Notes: generated by a model from the letters alone, not told the origin. A DNA stretch of 52,315 nt from Minisyncoccota bacterium (GCA_031972855.1 DALYDY010000005.1:1-52315), one strand, 5' to 3'; positions 36,894 to 47,252 are shown, counted from the first letter of the stretch. Numbers and translations are program-made.

Positions 36894-38042
36894 TTACTCA
36901 CCACTTGATTCCATTACAACCTCTTTCATACGTGTGCGAACATTTTTCAAAATTTCATCACGAAGTTTTGGATTTTCTTTCATAAATGTGCGAGTTGCAT
37001 CATATCCACGTCCAAGCTTCACTTCTTTTTGTGTCTCAAATGATTCTTCTGTAGATTCTGTTTTTTCAGTCTTAGATTTCTTTCCAGATTCTTTTGGAAT
37101 AACTTTTATATCTTCATCTGGACGAGTGTATGTATAGCTCACACCTCCAGCTTTTGAAATAATTCCAAGCTTTTCTCCAAGAGCAATAAGTTCACCTTCA
37201 AGTGATATTCCTTCGCCATAAATAATATCAAATTCTGTTTGTTTGAATGGGGCAGCGACTTTATTCTTTACAACTTTTACACGAGTACGGCTTCCTACAA
37301 CCTCTTCACCTTTTTTGATCTGTGCAATACGACGGATATCTAGACGGATAGAAGTATAGAATTTAAGAGCTTTTCCTCCTGGAGTTGTTTCTGGATTACC
37401 AAACATAACACCGATTTGCATACGGATTTGGTTGATGAAGATAACAACAGTGTTCGAACGAGCAACAATAGCTGTCAATTTGCGTAGAGCTTGTGACATA
37501 AGACGAGCTTGTTTACCCACATGTTGAGCACCCATATCTCCTTCAATTTCATCTTTTGGAGTAAGAGCTGCAACAGAGTCTATAACTACAACATCAATTT
37601 TTCCAGAACGAACAAGACTTTCTGTGATTTCAAGTCCTTGTTCTCCTGTGTCTGGTTGTGAAATAAGGAGGTCATTAATCTTTACTCCAAGATTCTTTGC
37701 GTATTCAGGATCCATTGCATGTTCAGCATCTATATAAGCACACACTCCACCTTTCTTTTGTGCTTCTGCAACAATATGTAGAGCAAGAGTACTCTTACCA
37801 GAAGATTCTGGTCCATATATCTCAATCATTCTTCCACGTGGCATTCCTCCCACTCCAAGAGCAATATCAAGACCAATTGATCCTGTAGGAATAACGTCAA
37901 CATTAACTTTTGGTGTTTGACCAAGTTTCATGATTGCTCCTTCACCAAATTTTGTTTGTATCGAACGAATAGTATCTTCAATTCCAGCAGTTCCTACTGC
38001 TTCTTTCATTACTTTTACTTTTGTAGATTTTTTTAGTGCCAT
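36894..38042 (-). CDS. recA: Recombinase RecA with a C-terminal charged insertion
   Basis: [27 protein letters not shown] and GGKALKFY. Confidence 0.98.
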   Translation of the reverse strand: MALKKSTKVKVMKEAVGTAGIEDTIRSIQTKFGEGAIMKLGQTPKVNVDVIPTGSIGLDIALGVGGMPRGRMIEIYGPESSGKSTLALHIVAEAQKKGGVCAYIDAEHAMDPEYAKNLGVKINDLLISQPDTGEQGLEITESLVRSGKIDVVVIDSVAALTPKDEIEGDMGAQHVGKQARLMSQALRKLTAIVARSNTVVIFINQIRMQIGVMFGNPETTPGGKALKFYTSIRLDIRRIAQIKKGEEVVGSRTRVKVVKNKVAAPFKQTEFDIIYGEGISLEGELIALGEKLGIISKAGGVSYTYTRPDEDIKVIPKESGKKSKTEKTESTEESFETQKEVKLGRGYDATRTFMKENPKLRDEILKNVRTRMKEVVMESSGE

Positions 38043-38053
38043 ATAGGTATTTA

Positions 38054-38494
38054 TTAATTAATATTTTGTACTTCACTTAAATTTGGAGGACTATCCAGTG
38101 AGTGAATATTTTTACTGTCGTTTATTCCTATTGGGGGAGATGTAGATTCTTTTTCTACTAGTAGTTGATATATTTTTTTATTTGATTTACCAAATTTATC
38201 GTAAGCTTCCACTGTCACTACTGTATATCCAGGAGGTAGACCTATAGCTGTTTTCCAATTTCCTTTTTGGTCTATAGGAATAGGGTTATTATTTATATAT
38301 AGTTCCTTTGTGTTTTTTGTTGTTCCAGATAGATTAAATGTGTCTGATATTGTTATTCCATTTTGTAAATCATTAGATGAGAATCGAGCACCTTCCATAA
38401 TTGGCAAAAATCTAGATACAGAAAATACAACTATTACAGCAAATAGTGCTGTAAAAGCTCTTTTCTCTATTGTTAGATTTTTCCAAGTTTTCAT
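38054..38494 (-). CDS. Membrane-anchored Ig-like protein
   Basis: N-terminal TM, then LSGTT...LYINN...G.W...[16 protein letters not shown]; start at MKTWK. Confidence 0.7.
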   Translation of the reverse strand: MKTWKNLTIEKRAFTALFAVIVVFSVSRFLPIMEGARFSSNDLQNGITISDTFNLSGTTKNTKELYINNNPIPIDQKGNWKTAIGLPPGYTVVTVEAYDKFGKSNKKIYQLLVEKESTSPPIGINDSKNIHSLDSPPNLSEVQNIN

Positions 38495-38495
38495 A

Positions 38496-40736
38496 TTATA
38501 TTTCAGTATCAGGATGTTCTTCGTTTCCTCGACCACCAATAACTTCACGAGGTTTAGCTCCATTTCCAGGACCTACAATACCTCTTTCTTCTAGAATATC
38601 TATCAATCTAGCCGCACGAGCATATCCAATAGATAGTTTTCTCTGTAGGAATGAAGTAGAAGCTTTTCCGCTTTCAATAACTATTTGTTTAGCTGTTTCG
38701 TACAAATCATCGTCATCGTTATCTCCTTCGATACTACTTTCGAATATTGATTTGTCACTACTTATGTTTGTTCCAGATATATCTATAAGTTCAGGAATTT
38801 CGTCTGCATATGCTTCACTTAGATATTTCACAACCTTCTTAACTTCTTCTTCTGTAATATATGCAGATTGAAGACGATTTGGTTGGCCTTCACCACCAGA
38901 ATAAAGCATATCTCCAGCTCCTAGGAGTTTTTCGGCACCAACAGTATCAAGAATTGTACGAGAGTCGATACCTGTAGGTACACGGAGAGCAATACGAGTT
39001 GGAACGTTTGCTTTAATAAGACCTGTAATAACGTTAACTTCAGGTCTTTGAGTAGAGAGAATAAGGTGAATACCAACAGCTCGAGACATTTGAGCCAGGC
39101 GAACAATTGCAGCCTCTAGTTCTCTTGGGTAAGCTTGCATAATATCAGCCAACTCATCAATAATAATCACAATATAAGGCATCTTATCTGGACCTGTTCC
39201 TTCTATAGCATCTTTTGGAGCTTTGTAATTTTTCAAAATATTGTCGTGATATGATTCGATATCGCGGACACTTTCTGATTGAAGAATGTCATATCTTCTT
39301 TCCATCTCTTTTGCTGCCCATTTGAGAGCAAGAATAGCTTTCTTTGCGTCAATAATAACAGGAGTTAGTAAGTGAGGTATTTTGTTATAAAGTGTAAGTT
39401 CAACACGCTTAGGGTCCACCATTATTAGTTTTAGTGCGTCTGGTCCGTTTCTATACAAAAGTGAAGCAACGATAGAGTGAATAGTTACAGACTTACCAGA
39501 GCCAGTAGTTCCAGCAATTAGAGCGTGAGGAGCTTTTGCTATGTTTACATAGTGAGGTTTACCAGCAACGTCACGTCCAAGAGCAACAGTCAGTGGTTTT
39601 GGAGAAGTTCTGAATCTTTCATCAGAAAGAAGAGCGCCAAGCCCAACCATAGCTTTTGTTTTGTTTGGTATTTCGATACCCACAAGAGACTTCCCAGGGA
39701 TAGGAGCTTCAATACGAACAGGGTGGGCTGCAAGTGCTAGAGCTAGGTCATTTTGGAGACCAACAATACGAGAAAGTTTTACTCCAACAGCAGGTTTGAG
39801 AGCATAACGAGTGAATGTTGGACCAATAGTAATTTCATCCATCTCAACTTCAATACCGAAGTTTAAGAGAGTACGTTTTATTATATTTGCATTTGCTTTG
39901 ATATCACCAACATTTGCTTTTCCTTTGTCAGCCTCAAGAAGTGATAATGATGGGGGAATGTATGTTGTGTGTTTTGTAAATGAATTTTTTGGAATTTTTA
40001 AGTCACTAACATCATCAGTAAAATCAGAAATTTTTGTTTCTGTTTGTTTCTGTCTATTAGAAATTTCTTCAACAAGATTTTCTGATTTTATTTCTGGAGA
40101 CATACCCTCAACAACGCTTGGAATTTTGTTTGGATCAAAAGTTTGACCAGCAACAAATTCTTCAAACTCTTCTTTTTCATCTCTCTTCTTAAATTTATTT
40201 TTAATCCATTCGAGTAGTGGGGTAATGTGTGGGCGTCTATCAAAAAGAACAAATAGAGAACCTGTTAAGATTGCTGATAAGAAAATTACAGAAACATAAA
40301 TATCAAAAAGTTTAACAAATGGCCACAAAATAATTTCACCAACATATCCACCAGAATTTTTATTTACAATATCGAGAAGTCCTAGAGATGTTAAGAAAAA
40401 TATTGTTGCACTTGCTGTGTGAATTCTTGCAAGATTCGGCCTCTCTGGTTTTAAGAAAGAGAACCCAAGAACTGTTCCAAGTATAGGTAGTAGGAAGTAT
40501 CCATACCCAAAAAGAGAGTACAAACCTTTATATGTGTAAGTACCCACAACGCCTGCTTTTTTAAGTGCAGCTAATGTAAAAAACAAAACCAAAACGAAAG
40601 TAATTAATGCGTAAATTCCGTGTCTTGTTTCGTCTTTCAAAAAGCTTTCTTTAGGTTCATTTTGGTTATTTTTTGAACCTCTACTTTTTGTAGTTTCAGT
40701 CTCATCTTTTTTTGATTGCGTGTTCTTTTTGGCCAT
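38496..40736 (-). CDS. ftsK: DNA translocase FtsK/SpoIIIE
   Basis: 4-TM N-domain, PHALIAGTTGSGKS, IIDELAD, LSTQRP and gamma domain LQRKLSIGYARAARLID. Confidence 0.97.
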   Translation of the reverse strand: MAKKNTQSKKDETETTKSRGSKNNQNEPKESFLKDETRHGIYALITFVLVLFFTLAALKKAGVVGTYTYKGLYSLFGYGYFLLPILGTVLGFSFLKPERPNLARIHTASATIFFLTSLGLLDIVNKNSGGYVGEIILWPFVKLFDIYVSVIFLSAILTGSLFVLFDRRPHITPLLEWIKNKFKKRDEKEEFEEFVAGQTFDPNKIPSVVEGMSPEIKSENLVEEISNRQKQTETKISDFTDDVSDLKIPKNSFTKHTTYIPPSLSLLEADKGKANVGDIKANANIIKRTLLNFGIEVEMDEITIGPTFTRYALKPAVGVKLSRIVGLQNDLALALAAHPVRIEAPIPGKSLVGIEIPNKTKAMVGLGALLSDERFRTSPKPLTVALGRDVAGKPHYVNIAKAPHALIAGTTGSGKSVTIHSIVASLLYRNGPDALKLIMVDPKRVELTLYNKIPHLLTPVIIDAKKAILALKWAAKEMERRYDILQSESVRDIESYHDNILKNYKAPKDAIEGTGPDKMPYIVIIIDELADIMQAYPRELEAAIVRLAQMSRAVGIHLILSTQRPEVNVITGLIKANVPTRIALRVPTGIDSRTILDTVGAEKLLGAGDMLYSGGEGQPNRLQSAYITEEEVKKVVKYLSEAYADEIPELIDISGTNISSDKSIFESSIEGDNDDDDLYETAKQIVIESGKASTSFLQRKLSIGYARAARLIDILEERGIVGPGNGAKPREVIGGRGNEEHPDTEI

Positions 40737-40904
40737 AGAAATATACATATATTGTAACATGTATATATATTCAAATCATACAAAAAACCTTATAAAACAA
40801 GAATAAAATATTCGCAAGTTGTGTAATGTCTTTTTGAGTATATAATAAAGACATCAATATTTATTCACTTGTCCGATAAACTTAAAAGACATAATTACAG
40901 ACAT

Positions 40905-41702
40905 ATGGAAACCTTAAAAGACATACAAAAAAAGACTCAAGGAATAGTCGCTGCGGTCTACATGGTTTCTGATTTTATAGATGGTAAAGACCCTATAAAA
41001 ATAGAGATTAGATTATCTAGTGTTGGTTTAATAAAAGACGTATTATCTCTACAAATGTCTGATAGAGGAGAATATTACAAAAATATAATATCTGTCCGTT
41101 ATAAAATTTCTGAAATCCAGACACTCATATCTTTAGCAGAAAATCTGTGTATGGTGTCCTTGATGAATGCAAAAATTATAAATGAAGAACTTGTAAAACT
41201 TTCTAACTCCTTAGAAAATATTTTTCCAGAAGAAAATATAAAATCAAAATCTTTTATAATACCAGAATCAATTTTTAAAGAAGAGTTTGTAAAAGAAACA
41301 GTACTTACAGATCAATCTAGTTTAGGAAGAGATAATACGAGTAATTTGATAAAGAGCCATATAAATTTATCTTCATCACATGTAAGAAATTATTCTTACA
41401 ATAAAAATATTGATAACAAGAAGCAAGACAGTACATCTTATAATAATGACAATTTTGAGAATAACAAAAAGACAGAAAGTCTTCAGTTGGCAAAAGTTGA
41501 TATAAAGGACAGTAGAAAAAAAGACATATCAGACCTAATAAAAACACAAGGACATTTATCGGGAGTTAGTATAAAAGACATATCAAAAATATTCACAAAT
41601 ATAAGTGAAAAAACAATACAGAGAGAAATAACAGAAATGCTTTTAAAAGGACAAATAAAAAAGACAGGAGAAAAACGTTGGAGTAGATACTACCCTATAT
41701 AA
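40905..41702 (+). CDS. Hypothetical protein with four-helix N-domain and C-terminal winged HTH
   Basis: C-terminal SIKDIS...SEKTIQRE...G.IKKTGEKRWSRY. Confidence 0.75.
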   Translation: METLKDIQKKTQGIVAAVYMVSDFIDGKDPIKIEIRLSSVGLIKDVLSLQMSDRGEYYKNIISVRYKISEIQTLISLAENLCMVSLMNAKIINEELVKLSNSLENIFPEENIKSKSFIIPESIFKEEFVKETVLTDQSSLGRDNTSNLIKSHINLSSSHVRNYSYNKNIDNKKQDSTSYNNDNFENNKKTESLQLAKVDIKDSRKKDISDLIKTQGHLSGVSIKDISKIFTNISEKTIQREITEMLLKGQIKKTGEKRWSRYYPI

Positions 41703-41741
41703 AAGTCGAGAGCTTAAGCTCTCGACTTTTATATAGGGTAG
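41690..41741. repeat. 52-bp perfect palindrome overlapping the stop codon
   Basis: ctaccctatataaaagtcgagagctt|aagctctcgacttttatatagggtag. Confidence 0.9.
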
Positions 41742-41781
41742 CAAGGTACTAATTACTGGTTTTTAGTCATTAGTTAGGTGT

Positions 41782-41839
41782 ATTGAGGTGACACAAAAAA
41801 TAGGACTCTTTTGAGTCCTATTTTTTGTGTCACCTCAAT
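41782..41839. repeat. Long inverted repeat (27-bp arms, 4-nt loop)
   Basis: attgaggtgacacaaaaaataggactc-tttt-gagtcctattttttgtgtcacctcaat. Confidence 0.9.
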
Positions 41840-42008
41840 TTGAAAAGTGTTTAACACCTATGTACTAGAACCTAGTCACCAAAAGTGATTGCAGACTACT
41901 TTTACAGGTTTTCCACATTGATTTTTCTTCCTTTTGATAGGTTGTTTCTGTATACTTAGATTTGTATATATTACGTGCATTTTTTTATGTATTGTGGTAT
42001 TATACAAG

Positions 42009-42378
42009 TGTCCCTCCAAGAAGTGAGCTATCGACACAACTTGGCTCTCGATGTTTTACATAGAGTGAAAAAGGGGATATATCGAAGCGGAACGATCATT
42101 GACAAATGAATAGGAAATACAAAGTGATGCCGACTGCGTATTTTCGCTCGTTCGTTTATCAATATCTTCCGTGTATCGGCCATGTCGACACGGCAGATTC
42201 AATCTTTCCAAACCCACACAATGCTTTTACTTTAGTGAACGTATTGTGTGGGTTTGGAGAACCCTAACCGCATACATCTTAGTTTGTCGAAACTAACTAT
42301 CAAGTATGCAGTATTACAAAATTGATAACTCATTAAAAAGTGTTATCAAAATAATACAAAAGTTTTTTAAATTTAATT
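42009..42378 (+). ncRNA. Candidate structured 5' leader RNA of the S-layer-like gene
   Basis: Extended -10 TGG-TATTAT (41995-42003) followed by at least five hairpins before the ATG at 42379. Confidence 0.5.
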
Positions 42379-45300
42379 ATGAATAAAATCTCATCAACAA
42401 CTTTGAAAGTTGTTGCTGCTGGAGTATTCGCTTTCGCTATGGCTTTCGCGTCATCAGCAAGTGCTTATACTTTCACAACAACACTTAAACAAGGTTCAAA
42501 GGGTGCAGCTGTTCAAGAACTACAAAAGTTTTTGAATGCTTACTCTTCTGAAACTGTAGTTGCTACATCTGGAGCAGGATCTCTAGGTAAAGAAACTACA
42601 ACTTTCGGTCCAGCAACTAAAAAAGCAGTTCAAGCTTTCCAAAAGAAAAACGGACTTGCTCAAGTAGGTCAAGTTGGTCCAGCTACTCGTGCTCTTCTTA
42701 ACGGAAGTACAGGTGGTGAAAACCCATTACCAACAACTAACGGTGTTTCAAAAGCTGCAACAAGTCCAGCTTCAGGAACTCTTATTGCTACACAAGCTAA
42801 TGCAAAACTTCTTGATATGACTTTTGCTGGTAACTACACAGTTACTAATGTAAAACTTATGAAAGGAGGTATCTCAACAAACTCAACACTCTCAAACATT
42901 TACTTGTTTGATGGTGCTACACGTTTGACAGATGCTGCAACAGTTAACTCAATGGGAGAAATCTCATTCAACGCTCCATCAGGTCTATTTATGGTAAATG
43001 GTTCAAAAACTATTTCTGTAATGGCAGATGTAGCTTCAGGTACATCAGGACAAACAGTTTCTGTTCGCTTTGCTTCTGCTATGGCAGGAACAACAGCTGT
43101 TACAGGATCTGCAGAAGGTAGTACATTTACTATAGCTGCAAATCCTTCTAACATGTCAACAGTTTCATTTGCATCTTCAACTGTTACTCCTTCAGGAGCA
43201 ACATTGAACACAGGTTCAAATGTAACTCTATGGCAATCATCAGCAACTATTGGAAACAATGATGTTTACTTTGATCGTGTTGCTTTCCGTCAAGTTGGTT
43301 CAGCTCCAGCATCAGCATTCGCTAACTTCAAACTCTATGTAAATGGAACACAAGTTGCAACAGCTGCTGGTCTTGATTCAAATGGCTACGTAACATTTAT
43401 TCCTTCATCTCCTGTTCTTTTGCTTTCAGGAACTCGTATTATGCGTGTTGACGCAGACGTTGTTTCAGGAGCATCACGTACAGTACAGCTTTCTCTTAGA
43501 ACAGCTGCAGATGCAGGATTCCGTGATTCACAACTTGGTGTAAATGTAACTGCTGCAGGTCTTCCTGAAGTAGCTTCATTAGCAAGTACAATCGCAGGAT
43601 CAACAGGTGGTACTATTACTATCGAAAAAGATGTAACATCACCTTCACAAAACGTTGCTCTTTCAAGTAACGATGCAGTACTAGGTATCTTCAAAGCAAC
43701 TGTATACGGTGAACCTATAAAAGTTGAAACTCTTACAGTTGGAGGAACATACTCTACTACTTCTACTATCCGTAACGGACGTCTTTTGATTAACGGTACA
43801 CAATACGGTTCTTCAACAACTATCGTTCCAGCAGGTACATCATTCACTACAAACTACACAATCTACCCAGGTACTCCTGTTATGATTGAAGTTCGTGGAG
43901 ATATCTACGACAATGACGGATCACAAGATTTTGTTGGTGGAAGTACAATCCTTACAACAATCGTTGCAGGTTCAACTAATGGTCAAAAAATGGATTCACT
44001 TGGTTCAGTAGCTGTTCCAGGTTCATCTGTAAGTTCAAACTCATTGACTGTTGGTACAACAGCAATGACATTGTCTAAGAACACAACTTACACAAACCAA
44101 ACAGTAGTTCTTCCACAAACAGCTTACAAAGTTGGTTCATGGAATCTAGTTGGTTCTTCAATCGAAGATATTCTTTTGACAACATTGTCATTTGATATTG
44201 ATAACGTTGCTGTATCAGCAAACGACTTTACAGCAGCTGACATGACAAATGTTTACGCTGTTATTAAGTCAGGCAGTACAACAGCTCTTACAACTTCACC
44301 AGTTGGAACAGCTTCTGCAGCTGATAACAATGTTTCTGTTAACTACACACTAGCAAAAAATGCAAGTGTAACAGTAGAGTTCTATGCAACTCTTGGTTCA
44401 TCAGTAACATCAGCAGAATCAGTTAAAACAGACCTTACTGTAACAGGACAATCACTAACAAGTGGAAGTTCAATTACAGCAACATCTGCTGATACTGATG
44501 GACAAACATTGACAGCAGGTGCAGGAACATTGACTATTACAGCTGATGCTTCAACACCTACAAGTCCAATCGTTTACTCTGACAACCAAACAGTTCGTAC
44601 AGCAGCATTCAAATTTGCTTCTGTAAACGCTGGTTACAAAGTTACAGACATTACTTTGACAATCCCTGCAGCTGGTGCAACTATTGCTAATACAGTAAAT
44701 ATTTCATCATCAACAGGTTCATTCTCAGCTTCAATGACTGCAGGTGCTACAATGACATTCTCTGGTCTTAACTGGAATATTCCAGCTAATACAAATGCAG
44801 TATTGAATGTAGACCTAGTTCTTGGATCTGTTGGTTACTCAGCAGGTACAACAGGATCAAGTCTTGTAACTACTTTGACAGCTTCAACAGCTATCTCAGG
44901 AGCTACAGGTGTGTCTGCAGCAGCGACAGAGTCAAACCCAGCAGGAACAACATTCTACGCTTACGCAGCTGTACCAACAATCACTCAAACAGATCTTTCT
45001 TCTTCAGAAAGTTTGCTTGGAACAGGTACAAAGAACGTTGCTAAATTCGCTGTTTCTTCAAACGGAGGTGAAATCTCTTGGAAGAAATTGACTTTCGCAG
45101 TTACTCGTGCAATTTCAGGTACTGATACTCTTGCAACACCAACACTTTGGGATGCAGATACAAATACAGCTATTGCAGGTGTAGCAGCATTCACAGGATC
45201 TGTGGAAGCTGATGGCGGAACAGCAGGTACAATTACTTTTGTTGCTACTAACGAACAACAAATCAATGGTACAAAGAACTACATATTGAAAGTAGTTGTT

Positions 45301-45525
45301 GCAGGTACAATTACAGATGGGGATAACCTAAACGTAAGTATCGCACAACCAGATTCATATGCAGCGTCTGCAGCATACGCTACAGTTGCAGCAGCAAACT
45401 CTGCTCAAGCTACATTCGTATGGTCTGATATGTCAGCTTCAAGTCACTCAACTACAACGACTGACTGGAGTAATGCATTCGGAATTAAGACTCTTCCAAC
45501 AAATACTTGGACTCTTTCAAAATAA
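42379..45525 (+). CDS. Large secreted S-layer-like protein with an N-terminal peptidoglycan-binding domain
   Basis: Signal peptide ending ASA; LKQGSKGAAVQELQKFLN...FGPATKKAVQAFQ; T/S/A/G-rich; codons typical of high expression. Confidence 0.85.
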   Translation: MNKISSTTLKVVAAGVFAFAMAFASSASAYTFTTTLKQGSKGAAVQELQKFLNAYSSETVVATSGAGSLGKETTTFGPATKKAVQAFQKKNGLAQVGQVGPATRALLNGSTGGENPLPTTNGVSKAATSPASGTLIATQANAKLLDMTFAGNYTVTNVKLMKGGISTNSTLSNIYLFDGATRLTDAATVNSMGEISFNAPSGLFMVNGSKTISVMADVASGTSGQTVSVRFASAMAGTTAVTGSAEGSTFTIAANPSNMSTVSFASSTVTPSGATLNTGSNVTLWQSSATIGNNDVYFDRVAFRQVGSAPASAFANFKLYVNGTQVATAAGLDSNGYVTFIPSSPVLLLSGTRIMRVDADVVSGASRTVQLSLRTAADAGFRDSQLGVNVTAAGLPEVASLASTIAGSTGGTITIEKDVTSPSQNVALSSNDAVLGIFKATVYGEPIKVETLTVGGTYSTTSTIRNGRLLINGTQYGSSTTIVPAGTSFTTNYTIYPGTPVMIEVRGDIYDNDGSQDFVGGSTILTTIVAGSTNGQKMDSLGSVAVPGSSVSSNSLTVGTTAMTLSKNTTYTNQTVVLPQTAYKVGSWNLVGSSIEDILLTTLSFDIDNVAVSANDFTAADMTNVYAVIKSGSTTALTTSPVGTASAADNNVSVNYTLAKNASVTVEFYATLGSSVTSAESVKTDLTVTGQSLTSGSSITATSADTDGQTLTAGAGTLTITADASTPTSPIVYSDNQTVRTAAFKFASVNAGYKVTDITLTIPAAGATIANTVNISSSTGSFSASMTAGATMTFSGLNWNIPANTNAVLNVDLVLGSVGYSAGTTGSSLVTTLTASTAISGATGVSAAATESNPAGTTFYAYAAVPTITQTDLSSSESLLGTGTKNVAKFAVSSNGGEISWKKLTFAVTRAISGTDTLATPTLWDADTNTAIAGVAAFTGSVEADGGTAGTITFVATNEQQINGTKNYILKVVVAGTITDGDNLNVSIAQPDSYAASAAYATVAAANSAQATFVWSDMSASSHSTTTTDWSNAFGIKTLPTNTWTLSK

Positions 45526-45551
45526 GGTCTAAAGTCTTCTTAGGATGATTT

Positions 45552-45586
45552 AAAAAGAAAAACCCCGAAAGGGGTTTTTCTTTTTG
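45552..45586 (+). terminator. Intrinsic terminator after the S-layer-like gene
   Basis: aaaaagaaaaacccc-gaaa-ggggtttttcttttt. Confidence 0.8.
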
Positions 45587-45602
45587 TGATATAATACAAA
45601 AT

Positions 45603-46259
45603 ATGGAAAATAAGAAAAAAATAATCATAATAATCATATCTTTACTAGTAATTGCAGGGTTTGTTTTTTTGTATACAAAAAATAACAAACAAGAAAAAGT
45701 GGTTCAAGAAGATAATTCAAAAAATGAAGAATTAAATTTGGAAAACACAGACAAAAAAGATGTTATTGAAAGTGTTGAAAAGCAAGTAGACACAAAAAAA
45801 TACCAAGAATTTATGGATTTAGGTGATAGTTCTGTTAACAAAAAAGATTATAACAGCGCTATATCTTATTACAATAAAGCTCTTTCTTTTGGTGAAAAAG
45901 ATGTTGTTTATGCAAAGATTTATAACGCTTATCTTGCTAATAAGGATATAAAAAACGCCACAATAGCCTTAAATAAAGCTATTACAATAAATCCAAGCTA
46001 TACTCTGTATCACATATGGTCTCTCGAATCTCAAAGTTCTATTGTTTCTTATGATAAATTGGTTGAAATTTATAAAAATGGATACTCAAAATCAATAAAA
46101 GAATCTAAAATTAACCTAATAACAACATTTGCTAGAATGTCAGAAAATTTGGGTAAAAAACAAGAAGCTATAGAATTGTGGAAAGACGCTCAGATTGTAA
46201 GTCCAGATAAAAAAGATATGTATCAGTTAGAAATTGATCGTCTATCTTCAAAAAATTAG
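45603..46259 (+). CDS. Membrane-anchored TPR-repeat protein
   Basis: N-terminal TM; KKDYNSAISYYNKAL, ALNKAITINP and KKQEAIELWKDA. Confidence 0.75.
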   Translation: MENKKKIIIIIISLLVIAGFVFLYTKNNKQEKVVQEDNSKNEELNLENTDKKDVIESVEKQVDTKKYQEFMDLGDSSVNKKDYNSAISYYNKALSFGEKDVVYAKIYNAYLANKDIKNATIALNKAITINPSYTLYHIWSLESQSSIVSYDKLVEIYKNGYSKSIKESKINLITTFARMSENLGKKQEAIELWKDAQIVSPDKKDMYQLEIDRLSSKN

Positions 46260-46293
46260 ACATAAAAACCGCTTTTAAAAGCGGTTTTTATGT
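46260..46293. terminator. 34-bp perfect palindrome, probable terminator
   Basis: acataaaaaccgctttt|aaaagcggtttttatgt. Confidence 0.75.
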
Positions 46294-46311
46294 GGATAAA
46301 ACTGTGGATAA
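46291..46311 (-). promoter_or_regulatory. Two tandem perfect DnaA boxes
   Basis: TGTGGATAA (reverse complement TTATCCACA) at 46291-46299 and 46303-46311. Confidence 0.65.
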
Positions 46312-46358
46312 CTCTGTTTTTGCAAGACACATAAATACAATGATATAATATATACATT

Positions 46359-46877
46359 ATGAAACAGATATTCGATCAAATTGTTGCATGGGTGAAAAAG
46401 TATAAAGATAATATAATCCCTATCTTGGTACTCATACTCGTATTTATTATTGGAGCTACTCTCGCTCGTTATGATTTTTCAAATAAAGATTCTTATGAGC
46501 CAAGATCGCCAGAAGAAATAACTTTAGAAGATGAATCAGATTCTTTTCTTGAGGCTGAAAAATTAGAACTAGGAGAAGATTTAGAAGATGAATCTATATC
46601 ACAAAATAATTCTGTTGTAGTAAAAAATGTAGAAGAAAACTCTTCTGCTGTAATGAAATTTAATTCATCATGTTTGCCAACAGAAAAAGAACTTAGTGTT
46701 GCTCCTGGTACAAAAGTTAAATTTGAGAATACAGAAGGTGAAACAAAAAGTATTAAAATTGTAGAAAGTATTTATTCTATTCCACAATACAAATACCGTA
46801 CATATACTTTTAAAACATTTGGAAATTTTGAAATTTCTTGCGATGGTACTATTGTTGGTACTATTGTGGTAAAATAA
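46359..46877 (+). CDS. Membrane-anchored protein with a cupredoxin-like C-terminal domain lacking clear Cu ligands
   Basis: One TM, acidic linker, LSVAPGTKVKFENT and YTFKTFGNFEISC. Confidence 0.6.
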   Translation: MKQIFDQIVAWVKKYKDNIIPILVLILVFIIGATLARYDFSNKDSYEPRSPEEITLEDESDSFLEAEKLELGEDLEDESISQNNSVVVKNVEENSSAVMKFNSSCLPTEKELSVAPGTKVKFENTEGETKSIKIVESIYSIPQYKYRTYTFKTFGNFEISCDGTIVGTIVVK

Positions 46878-46881
46878 AAGA

Positions 46882-47010
46882 ATGAATAAGCGCCTATTTA
46901 AAATTCTTGCTGGTTTTCTCGGAATGATTTTGATAGGTCTTACTTCTCTTTATTTTGTTGAATATTTTAGTGAAGATAAGTCACAAAATGTTATTGCAGA
47001 GAATAAATAA
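46882..47010 (+). CDS. 42-aa single-TM small protein (below the ORF-track cutoff)
   Basis: MNKRLFKILAGFLGMILIGLTSLYFVEYFSEDKSQNVIAENK*, starting 4 nt after the upstream stop, followed by a hairpin. Confidence 0.6.
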   Translation: MNKRLFKILAGFLGMILIGLTSLYFVEYFSEDKSQNVIAENK

Positions 47011-47142
47011 AAAATATTAAAAAACACATAAATTTATGTGTTTTTTAATTATAAGCGAACCACGTTAGATATTTTGCGAGAATTATCTCACGTGGCGAGC
47101 ATATTTGCCTAAATACGATTTCTTTGTTACTATACAAGAACT

Positions 47143-47216
47143 TGCCGTAGACAGAGGGTTGTCATAAAAGACATAAAACCTTCCGAGGTATCTCATCCAA
47201 TTTTATTGGAGATACG
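47143..47216 (+). promoter_or_regulatory. Ribosomal protein L10 leader
   Basis: CCGTAGACAG...AAACCTTCCGAGG upstream of rplJ; promoter TTGCCT-17-TACTAT at 47105-47133. Confidence 0.8.
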
Positions 47217-47252
47217 GTAAAAGTAAGGTCGAAGCTAAAAAACAAAAAAAAT

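Noticed and set aside
42900-45266. Long antisense ORFs inside the S-layer-like gene, and similar shadow ORFs in other genes
   Set aside because: Expected from biased codon usage on the coding strand; no motifs or expression signals
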